This document shows positions 1-8,739 of a stretch of DNA of 33,732 nucleotides, piece after piece. Location of the stretch: contig LT649356.1 in the NCBI GenBank assembly GCA_900128395.1, forward strand, positions 1 to 33,732, given 5' to 3'. The translations under genes were made by a program, and so were the position numbers. The DNA comes from Stramenopiles sp. TOSAG23-2 (lineage: Eukaryota). Position 1 is the first letter of the stretch, and each line of letters opens with the position of its first letter. A model generated the notes under the pieces. The model was not told the origin of the DNA. It searched no databases and was given only the letters and a program-made list of their open reading frames with translations.

Positions 1-274
1 AATATTACTGATGTACAAAGTATTGGCGATGCATTAAAAACAAACAATACATTAAGTACATTGACTCTATCTTTTAATAATATTACTGATGATAGTGGAT
101 GGAATACAAAGTATTATTGATGGATTAAAAACAAACAATACATTATATTCATTGTCCCTATATGATAATCAACTTAGTGATAATATGAGATCACAATTAA
201 AAGCTATAGAACAATATAAAGAAGATGGATCAAACGGGTATCAACAAGTGGAAGAGATGAGGATATATACATAA
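1..274 (+). pseudogene. 3' end of an RI-like (NLRC3/RanGAP-type) leucine-rich-repeat gene with an apparent frameshift; truncated by the window edge
   Basis: Frame 1 reads NITDVQSIGDALKTNNTLSTLTLSFNNITDD and stops at TGA 118-120. Frame 2 continues the same repeat, DGIQSIIDGLKTNNTLYSLSLYDNQLSD, to TAA at 272-274. Could be a pseudogene or an assembly error. Confidence 0.65.
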
Positions 275-634
275 AATTATTAATTCTCCATTCATTTATA
301 TATTTATATATAATACTACCAACTACAATATACCCCATATATCGATACTATCAAATTCCAAATTTCCCTTCTTGTAACATTTCCAAATGCGAAAATGAAA
401 ATAACACCCCTTGTGTCTATGCTAAATCTATTTACGATTGACACAGCATTGCCTACGATCCTCAACGTGAGTAGACCAACAACAAGGAGGATGAATACAG
501 TCGTCAATAAGGTCAACAAAGAAAAAGAGGGAAAAAAAGAATAGATAGAATCAACTGCAAGTTGCCATCCACTACTATCCTCCGGTCAATATATATACAG
601 AGAGATAGAGAGACTTGTAATAATCATAATATTA

Positions 635-658
635 GTGTGTGTGTGTGTGTGTGTGTGT
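635..658. repeat. (GT)12 microsatellite just upstream of the ATG at 664
   Basis: Read directly from the sequence. Confidence 0.95.
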
Positions 659-663
659 CGAAG

Positions 664-2574
664 ATGAATAGATTCATTATCGTATTAATAGCAATATGCA
701 TCTTTGCAATGTCAAGTACAGTTGCAAATGGTAATACAGAAGATGTACAACAACGACTGTTAAATGAAAGAGCAACACTGAGTCCACGTAGAAATCCTAT
801 GGCTGCTATGTTGAAATCGAAAACCGGAAAAGCAAATACCAACACTGGTGGTGAACAATGTGATGAAGAAAAAAGCCGCTTGCAAGGTGAGATCGATTCA
901 TTACGTGCAGAAGTGAAAGATTTGAAAGAAAAAGCGGAAACAAAAGAAACAACAAAAGATGCATTACAAGATAATAAACCATCTCCACCACGTATGTGTT
1001 GTAAAGCTATGACAAAAGCATGTCTTGCATGTTCAAAAGGTGTCTCTGTAGAGGAATTTTGTAAAACTAATGGAGGAAAATTTGGCTGTCCTAGAAAATT
1101 AATCAAACCATCGCCACCACCACGTATGTGCTGCATGGCTATGACTGCTAATTGTATTGCATGTTCAAGAGGTGTATCAGTAGAGGAACTATGTAAAGAC
1201 GCAGAAAATCGAGTACCAGGCTGCCCAAAACCTACTACAACAAAACCAGATGATGATGGAAAAAAAGAAAAAACACAAAAAGAAGAGGAAGAGGAAGTTA
1301 AATGTGATACAAAACAAGAAAAATGTTGTAAATCACAATTTAGTCCAAAATGCATGGCATGCCGTACACGTAACAGGGTAAATCTTTTAAAGGCACAATT
1401 ATGTGAAAAAACAAAAGGAGAAAAACCAGCAGGTGAAAAAGATGATGATGATAAGGCAGGTGAACATGATGATGAGAATCCAGATGATAATGAAGATGCA
1501 GATCCATCTTTGGAAGAACCGGAAAAACCAAAACGCCCATCAAAATTTGATGGACCATGTATGTTCGAAGGAAAAGAAGATAAAGATGCGCCATTTTGCC
1601 ACGATTATGATCGTATGTGGGGTATGCCAAGTGATTACAACCCCGAAAAAAAAGAAAGAGATTTTTCTCTTTTACAAACAAGTGAAAAAGTTGGTGAAGC
1701 CAAAGATATTAAATGGGTTGTTGATTTAGTGAAAAAAATTGAAACGGCATATCCGTATGATAATTGGAAAACATTAGCAACACGTTTACGTAAAATAGTA
1801 TACTTTGGTAAATTATGGGATATGCTTATCCCGAAAGCAAAGAAAACGGGTGTATTAGCAGTGAAAGGTGAATGTACGCAAGAGGTCATTAATTCATTAA
1901 CCACACCAAATTTAAATGTACGAGATCCTACTGGACAACAAATTGATTTAAACCATGTATGGGTTGGTATTGATGTGGCAAATTTCCCTGCTACAAATTT
2001 ATTAGTTAGAATCTTCGGTGGTTTAAAAGGCCCTGCAGTTGCAACATGGGCTGGTGATGTTGGTAGTGTATTAGGTGAATTTTATTATAAAACACAAGGC
2101 GAAGGCGATATCAATCGTTACTATGAAATCATGTCTGGTGATGATGATATGTATTCAAATGCTGATGGGTATGGTATTGCATTACAAAAATTACCATCCG
2201 GAAGCCGTAATTGGAAATTATCACAAAGAATTGAACATTATTACCAAACCAATATTCATAAACGTGTAACATACATGATGGATGCATCTGGACTTGCATT
2301 TAAAAAGAAAGGGCGTAAGAAAGGTCAATTGACATGGAATGCAAAGCGTAAGATTAGAGCACAGATTCGTAGATTCGCTAAGCTTTGGAGAATTCATCAA
2401 TGTCCTCATGGTTGGAAGAAATGTTTAATTCCAACTTCAAAAGACCCATTGCACCAAAAACCGAAGACAGTACATACGGCAAAAATGGGCAAAACATATT
2501 TAAAATCAGAACGTGATTATGTCATTGATAAATTTATTAAATGGGTTGAAGATCATTTAAAAAAAGAAATATAG
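664..2574 (+). CDS. Secreted multidomain protein (~636 aa): signal peptide, coiled coil, Cys-rich repeats, acidic linker, C-terminal globular domain
   Basis: Long ORF. The likely start is ATG 664 (MNRFIIVLIAICIFAMSSTVANG, a signal peptide) rather than TTG 562, which would translate the GT microsatellite. Confidence 0.85.
   Translation: MNRFIIVLIAICIFAMSSTVANGNTEDVQQRLLNERATLSPRRNPMAAMLKSKTGKANTNTGGEQCDEEKSRLQGEIDSLRAEVKDLKEKAETKETTKDALQDNKPSPPRMCCKAMTKACLACSKGVSVEEFCKTNGGKFGCPRKLIKPSPPPRMCCMAMTANCIACSRGVSVEELCKDAENRVPGCPKPTTTKPDDDGKKEKTQKEEEEEVKCDTKQEKCCKSQFSPKCMACRTRNRVNLLKAQLCEKTKGEKPAGEKDDDDKAGEHDDENPDDNEDADPSLEEPEKPKRPSKFDGPCMFEGKEDKDAPFCHDYDRMWGMPSDYNPEKKERDFSLLQTSEKVGEAKDIKWVVDLVKKIETAYPYDNWKTLATRLRKIVYFGKLWDMLIPKAKKTGVLAVKGECTQEVINSLTTPNLNVRDPTGQQIDLNHVWVGIDVANFPATNLLVRIFGGLKGPAVATWAGDVGSVLGEFYYKTQGEGDINRYYEIMSGDDDMYSNADGYGIALQKLPSGSRNWKLSQRIEHYYQTNIHKRVTYMMDASGLAFKKKGRKKGQLTWNAKRKIRAQIRRFAKLWRIHQCPHGWKKCLIPTSKDPLHQKPKTVHTAKMGKTYLKSERDYVIDKFIKWVEDHLKKEI
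976..1227 (+). repeat. Two tandem Cys-rich coding repeats (976-1092 and 1105-1227)
   Basis: KPSPPRMCCKAMTKACLACSKGVSVEEFCK...GCP and KPSPPPRMCCMAMTANCIACSRGVSVEELCK...GCP are similar at DNA level too. A degenerate third copy (CCKSQFSPKCMAC) lies at about 1321-1362. Confidence 0.9.
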
Positions 2575-2975
2575 AGTGTGTGTGACTATTATATATATTT
2601 AATTAAATTTTACGCAATAATTTATGTTTTTAAAAAATTTACTCACATATCATATCTTGATATAAATTCTCTAACTCCCAGAACTCATGTCATCAGAACA
2701 TGATGGGCACATGGGAAATGGGAAATAAATTAAAAAAAAAGATGTTATCAGGCCAGGTAAGGTGCTACGTAGACTACCAAGTATAATAATAATTCTTCCT
2801 CGTTTTCTGTAATGCTATTCTTATGCTTTATGAGATTTTTCATATACTAACAAGTATAAATATTAACCACAAACAGTTGTTTTAATTTTGTTGTTTTTTT
2901 GTACCTGAAAAATTATTAATAAAAAAAAAAGGAGGAGCACATCAGGACACATTGACACATTTGTGATAAATATGA

Positions 2976-3350
2976 ATGGCACGTTGCAATGAAAGAATGA
3001 TGTTGTTAAAGCGTTCATATGGTATTTGTAAAAATTGTATATTGGATACAGAGAAGAGCAACAAGAAGAACCACCGGTTGAATCATATACCTGTCGTTCT
3101 GAAGAAAATCAGCGGTTTCACAAGGAGTACAACAAACCTTCGAGGTTTCTATCCTTCCATGCGCGATCGTCGAACGGGCTGGACGTCGGATTCATTCGAA
3201 AACGGTGAGGTTGTCGAAGTGAAAGATCCTGTTGTGAACAACAACCGTAACTATCCGGAGAAAGATCTTGAAGTGCACGGTTGTGGCAAAACAAATCATT
3301 TATATCTATATATATTAATAATTTACGCATTAATTTATATATTGTTTTAA
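2976..3350 (+). other. Possible small or degenerate coding fragment
   Basis: 124-aa ORF whose middle (about 3050-3290) is GC-richer and coding-like, while the 3' end runs into AT-rich noncoding-like sequence. No family confidently recognised. Confidence 0.25.
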
Positions 3351-3988
3351 TTTCTCATGATAACAATATATTCCTACTCTTCAAAAGAATACAATAACTG
3401 AAATAATCTATCTCACACTAATGTGTTGATATTCTCATAATAGAGAAAACCAATGAAGGTAAATAGATGGTATCAACTACCAACTACTCGTAGCAGTTGA
3501 TGAAAAAACGAACATCATATAGGAAGGCGGAGAATAAATTGTACCGGGGTACAAGTCATTGTACGACTCACCAAATGCACATTTTAAAGCAAAACGATAA
3601 ATTTATTTTAATTATAAGCGCAGAGTTTTAATAATCGCAGTTTGTAATATCTCTACATGTGGTAGAAATCCAATTAGAAGCTGCATATATAAATAAATTA
3701 TATCATACGAAGAGTATGATATATCATAATGGCATAATTTAAAAATGTACGGAGTAATTTATATAAATTTTACGTTACACTAATTAAATGCTCACACCCC
3801 AGCTAAACAGCACCAGCGCACAAAGGTCACACACAATTTTTTTAAAATTACAAAAAAATTTACGTAAAAACACACAATATATTTTATTTAAAACACAAGA
3901 ATACTTCAAGTGCTATGATACTTCTATTCAAAAAAATGGGACAAAAAAGGTATATCTACAAAAACGAAAAATACACAAGAAATCTCAT

Positions 3989-5323
3989 TTATTCAACCAC
4001 GGCTTTCTCGGTTTCGACAATATCTAATAAATCTTGTGAAATTTGCCTAGTATTTGTATTTGCATATATATTCGATAAACTCCACTTTTTTTCCATATGA
4101 CCTTGCCCATTGCTTTTATCATTGCTATTTTGTTTTGGTGGCACTAATGGTTTGCTACTACCGGAAACTGGACTAAATTGAAATTGTTGATTCAAACTAG
4201 GTAAAGCCCTTGATGCATTCGGTGCATTGGCATTACCAACATCCGTTGCTGAATTCACTTTAGAAGCAAGCACAGCACGCAAAAGTTGACGAACAGTATC
4301 TGTTGGTAAAACACTGCGATCAAATGTTTTTGTAACATTTTTACCATCGTTGCTACTACCACCACCATCACTACTATCGCCTTCCGTCGTATTTGGACTG
4401 TCATTACTACTACCATTATAATTTTGTTGTTGTTGTTGTTGTTGTTGTTGTTGAACTGCTAGATTTTGATGAGAAGGGTTATTAAACAATGCACTGATGA
4501 CACCATCGATCAAACCATCCAAATGAGTGGAACTACCATTAACATCCGATGCTTGATGCTCCAATGCAGTTACGGGACCGGTATTGTTACCAATGCTGCT
4601 TGTTAGGTTGGATAATTGCAATGAATTCTGTGTAAACATTCCACTGAAATCACCAAAGCTATCATTACCACTAAAACCAAATGAAACATTGCCAATGGAA
4701 GATGATTGTCGATCCAAACGAGGACCACCCATATTATTTTCAGATGCAAACGTGACCAAACGCCTTTTCTTATATGGATGATCTACTAATTCTCTAGCCG
4801 CATCACGAAGTTTCTTGTGAAAACCACCTTCTTTAATCATAGTCAAAATAATTGTATTTGCTTGTTGATTCGCTGCACGAGTTTCCTTCATTTCCGTACG
4901 TAACTTCGCAACTTCCGTCTTCAACAGTTCGATCTCACTACTATTATTGTTTGCATTGCCATTGTAATCGGAACATGTTTTCCTAGTAATTTCAGAAAGC
5001 AATTTCGGCTGCCCGCGTAAAAACTTGGCGTGTTGAAATTCCCATGAATTCTTATCTTTATCTGTTTTACGAAAACCATAAAAATGTAACTGGCGTACAA
5101 AACTAGAAAAGTTATTTGATTTGAAATATTTTGGTAAAACTTCTGCTGAAAATTTATCCGGTGATAGTACGATAATCGTATCACCATCTTTGTTCCATTT
5201 GCAATACGGTGCTTCGTGATTCACTATTTGAAACAACTTTTGCAAAAAAGCGGATACAGGCCTTGTTCGGTTTGATCCATTTTTACGTTTTCGTTTGTTC
5301 GATGTTGTGCTACTTTTTACCAT
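3989..5323 (-). CDS. HSF: Heat-shock-factor (HSF-type DNA-binding domain) transcription factor
   Basis: FLQKLFQIV...W...VLPKYFKSNNFSSFVRQLHFYGFRK...WEFQHAKFLRG is the HSF DBD. It has an N-terminal KRKRK NLS-like motif, a short heptad coiled coil and a Q10 tract (4424-4453). Confidence 0.93.
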   Translation of the reverse strand: MVKSSTTSNKRKRKNGSNRTRPVSAFLQKLFQIVNHEAPYCKWNKDGDTIIVLSPDKFSAEVLPKYFKSNNFSSFVRQLHFYGFRKTDKDKNSWEFQHAKFLRGQPKLLSEITRKTCSDYNGNANNNSSEIELLKTEVAKLRTEMKETRAANQQANTIILTMIKEGGFHKKLRDAARELVDHPYKKRRLVTFASENNMGGPRLDRQSSSIGNVSFGFSGNDSFGDFSGMFTQNSLQLSNLTSSIGNNTGPVTALEHQASDVNGSSTHLDGLIDGVISALFNNPSHQNLAVQQQQQQQQQQNYNGSSNDSPNTTEGDSSDGGGSSNDGKNVTKTFDRSVLPTDTVRQLLRAVLASKVNSATDVGNANAPNASRALPSLNQQFQFSPVSGSSKPLVPPKQNSNDKSNGQGHMEKKWSLSNIYANTNTRQISQDLLDIVETEKAVVE

Positions 5324-6390
5324 GTTCTTTTTCCTTCTTTTGCTTCAACGTAATGTCTTTTCTTTTTATTTTTAATTGAAATAGGACAATATGATGTTTC
5401 TTTGTATTATTGCAAAATAATATATGAGTATAAATACCTAAACGTCTACGTATCTATGTATAACGATCTGTGTCTATGTATATAACTATTTCCTAATATG
5501 AAAGTGATATACTTTATCTATTTCTAGATAAGAGTTCCGACTGTTCTAATTATTTTGTGTGAATATATATGTCATATATATTTTTTGCCATCATAGCTAT
5601 ACTTATAGGTGCAACACATTGCCAGATGATTGCAGGCAGAGCGTTGGTTTCTGCTGAGTTTCCTATTTCCAATAGTAATCCACACTAAATTGTTGTACTA
5701 TTCTAGTAAAAGTTTTAGAACAAATGTTTCTAGTTGATCGATGAATATTCTATTACAATTTACCATTTCGAAGGTGTCATGCCCGGCCCAGCCGGCGTGA
5801 CTTTTAGCATGGTAATGGTATGCCATGGTACTGCGGACTGCGAGACATTGTTCTTGTTAGACGATTAAAAATTAACTACAGATATTGTAGCGTCTAGCGG
5901 CCTATCACCCTACCATCTACGATAGTGTTGTAAAAGTACAATCAACGACATTTGTTTTGTTTTCAGGCAACATCAAGTGCTATTTATATACAAATAGGTT
6001 CGAAAAACCTTAATTTTATATTTAGTATATAAATAGGACTTAATGTTATTTATTTGTTGGACACCGTCAAACTTTTCCCCTATCCATGTGGATAGCTAGC
6101 CATATGGATAGTAAAATAGGTAAAGCTATACCAAGTATAGAGACTACTAGTCTATTACATAGACTAGCTGCTACCAGAGCGAAATAAATATGGTGTATGT
6201 TGTTGGTTGTTGTTGAATGAATACAATGAAAAGATACTTTTTGTATATATTAAATATTATAAATATTCTTGTATATCCAAAAAGATAATCCAAGTTTTAG
6301 AATATATATAATATATTAACAACAACAACAACAGGGAGTGTATACGTTAAACCGTCCTTATCCGAGAAGAAAAATAATAATAGTAATAAT

Positions 6391-8112
6391 ATGGCAAAAT
6401 TAATTAATAGTACCAATGATGTAGTATCTGAAATGATATCTGGTGCATTATTTTCACATCCAGATTTAATGTTATTAAAAGGACAAAATGTTTTATTAAG
6501 AAGAGATTATCAATTAGTAAAAGATGAGCAAGTATGTTTGATATCTGGTGGCGGGTCAGGCCATGAACCGGCACATGCTGGTTTTATTGGTGATGGCATG
6601 TTAACAGCAGCTGTTTTAGGTGGAGTGTTTGCATCTCCAACTGCTGCTGCTGTATTATCTGCAATTACAGAATGTACAGGGAAAAAAGGTTGCCTTCTTA
6701 TTGTTAAAAATTATACCGGCGATCGATTAAATTTTGGCATTGCTGCCGAGAAAGCAAAAGCAAAAGGACTACAAGTGAAAATGATCATTGTTGGCGATGA
6801 CGTTGCTGTAAATGCAGGGAAAGAATCGGATGGGACAATTACTGGTAGGCGTGGATTAGCAGGCACATGTTTTGTTCATAAAATATGTGGAGCAGCAGCG
6901 AAAAGTGGTGCAACATTATCAAGCGTTTACGATGCGGCTGTTCAAGTATGTAATAATATAGGTTCCATGGGCGTAGCATTATCAACATGCACAGTGCCTG
7001 GTACAAAGCCATCTACGCGTATACCATATGCACATATGGAAGTTGGATTAGGTATACATGGTGAACCTGGAAGAGAATTATGTAAAATCCAGCCTGTAGA
7101 TAATATTGTTGCTACTATATTAAATAAAATTAATGAGATTTTACCACTTGAAAAGGAAGAAGAAATCGTTGTTATGGTTAATAATTTAGGTGGAACACCA
7201 TTAATGGAATTGTACATTGTTGCTAATTCCGTGCGAAAGTATTTAAAGGAAAAGTTAAATGCAACTGCAATACGTTTTTATGTTGGTTCGTTTATGACTA
7301 GTTTAGAAATGCAAGGATGCATGGTAACATGTATGAAAATTATAAATGAGTTGCAACTTTGTAGGTTAGATATGAAGACAAGTGCACCAGCTTGGCCAAA
7401 ACAATCACAACAATTAACAACTGTAACAGATTTAATGAGTCAAAGCCATATACATCCATTGATTGAATCGAGAGATTTAAAGAATACATTTGATGATTCA
7501 GAAAAAGATGAATATGTCGATGTAGATATTACGAACAAAATAAAAAATGCATGTGAGAAAATTATCAATGCAGAAGCTGAGTTGACGCAACTTGATTCCG
7601 TTGTTGGTGATGGAGATTGTGGTTTAACTATGAAAAAAGGCGCAATGGCGGTATTAGACAACCTTAATAATTTGTCTACCAAATTTCCAATCGATTTAAT
7701 GGGCGAGATCTCATATATAATTGGCGATGCAATGGGTGGATCATCAGGTGCATTGCTGGAAATTATGTTAAATGCAGCAGCTTCATCGTTTAAAGATGAT
7801 TATAATAATTCAAACGAAAAACCTAATTGGAGAAAAGCATTTTTAGCTGGTGTAAATGCTGCATCGTTTTACGGAGGTGCAAAAAAAGGTTATCGCACAT
7901 GTCTTGATAGTTTATTCCCAGCGGCAGAAGCGGCTGTTGCGGGTAGTAGTGTAGATATAATCATAGAAAGTGCTAAAAATGGTGCAAATGAAACAGCAAA
8001 TATGAAGCCATTAGCTGGACGTTCATCATATTTAAAAATAGAACAAGTGACGGGCACGAAGGATCCAGGTGCAGTTGCAGCATCAATAATTATCGAAGCG
8101 TTGTTAAAATAA
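6391..8112 (+). CDS. TKFC: Dihydroxyacetone kinase / triokinase-FMN cyclase (fused DhaK-DhaL)
   Basis: Motifs ISGGGSGHEPAHAGFIG, KNYTGDRLNFG, GRRGLAGT, GLGIHGEPG, NNLGG, GDGDCG, MGGSSGAL, AGRSSY and DPGA. Confidence 0.96.
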   Translation: MAKLINSTNDVVSEMISGALFSHPDLMLLKGQNVLLRRDYQLVKDEQVCLISGGGSGHEPAHAGFIGDGMLTAAVLGGVFASPTAAAVLSAITECTGKKGCLLIVKNYTGDRLNFGIAAEKAKAKGLQVKMIIVGDDVAVNAGKESDGTITGRRGLAGTCFVHKICGAAAKSGATLSSVYDAAVQVCNNIGSMGVALSTCTVPGTKPSTRIPYAHMEVGLGIHGEPGRELCKIQPVDNIVATILNKINEILPLEKEEEIVVMVNNLGGTPLMELYIVANSVRKYLKEKLNATAIRFYVGSFMTSLEMQGCMVTCMKIINELQLCRLDMKTSAPAWPKQSQQLTTVTDLMSQSHIHPLIESRDLKNTFDDSEKDEYVDVDITNKIKNACEKIINAEAELTQLDSVVGDGDCGLTMKKGAMAVLDNLNNLSTKFPIDLMGEISYIIGDAMGGSSGALLEIMLNAAASSFKDDYNNSNEKPNWRKAFLAGVNAASFYGGAKKGYRTCLDSLFPAAEAAVAGSSVDIIIESAKNGANETANMKPLAGRSSYLKIEQVTGTKDPGAVAASIIIEALLK

Positions 8113-8739
8113 AAAAAAAAAGGCACATCAGAGAGCGCATGGTGTGGTGTTGGTGAGTCATGAAAATAATATCATATTTTACGAAGCTTATGATACCTTG
8201 TTCTCTCCCTCCGGTAAAGAGGGAAAACATTAAAATTTTTTTTAAAAAAAAATATATATTTTAATACAATCATCTTCTTCTTTTACGAACGTAATATATT
8301 TTACTCGTACATTATTTTACTCTCTTCTTACACCCCCTCCGCGCTCTTTTTGCTAACAATCAAGTTCTTCAAAAACATATCCAAAATTTGTTTTATTTTT
8401 TGTTTCACATCATTTTTACAAGATATTTATTAATGATACATTTTTTGGAGATGATGTATGATACACAAAATGATCTCGAATTCTGTCCTCTGCAATCTTA
8501 TTTTCTTTTTTACCTCTTTTTTTTTTTCTTCTTTTTTTTCTTTCTGTTATTCAAATACTAAACTTTCAGGATTTAATCCAAAGTTATATTGTTTTTTTCT
8601 CGTTCTCTTTAATTCTATATATTCAAAATTATTATTTGTATTTTGATATATATGTATGTCTTCTAGATATATAAATATACACGTATGCATTTTTACTTTA
8701 TAAATATCAAAGTATCAACACACTGATATAACCTAAAAT

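Noticed and set aside
316-519. 67-aa hydrophobic minus-strand ORF
   Set aside because: Non-ATG start, short, no recognisable motif.
562-663. N-terminal extension of the 670-aa ORF
   Set aside because: TTG start that translates the GT microsatellite (VCVCVC); ATG 664 gives a clean signal peptide.
2757-2876. Intron-like signals (CAG|GTAAGG, TACTAAC, ACAG|)
   Set aside because: Splicing from ATG 2742 gives only MLSGQLF-stop; could be a UTR intron but there is no support.
3045-3057. GATACAGAGAAGA, matching the U6 snRNA ACAGAGA box
   Set aside because: The downstream U6 sequence (TTAGCATGGCCCCTG) and the internal stem-loop are absent.
3741-3752. AAAAATGTACGG repeated at 25871-25882
   Set aside because: Only 12 bp and A-rich; compatible with chance.
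5700-5755. Possible heat-shock elements upstream of HSF (autoregulation)
   Set aside because: Only a two-unit GAAnnTTC; the other GAA/TTC units are out of the 5-bp phase.
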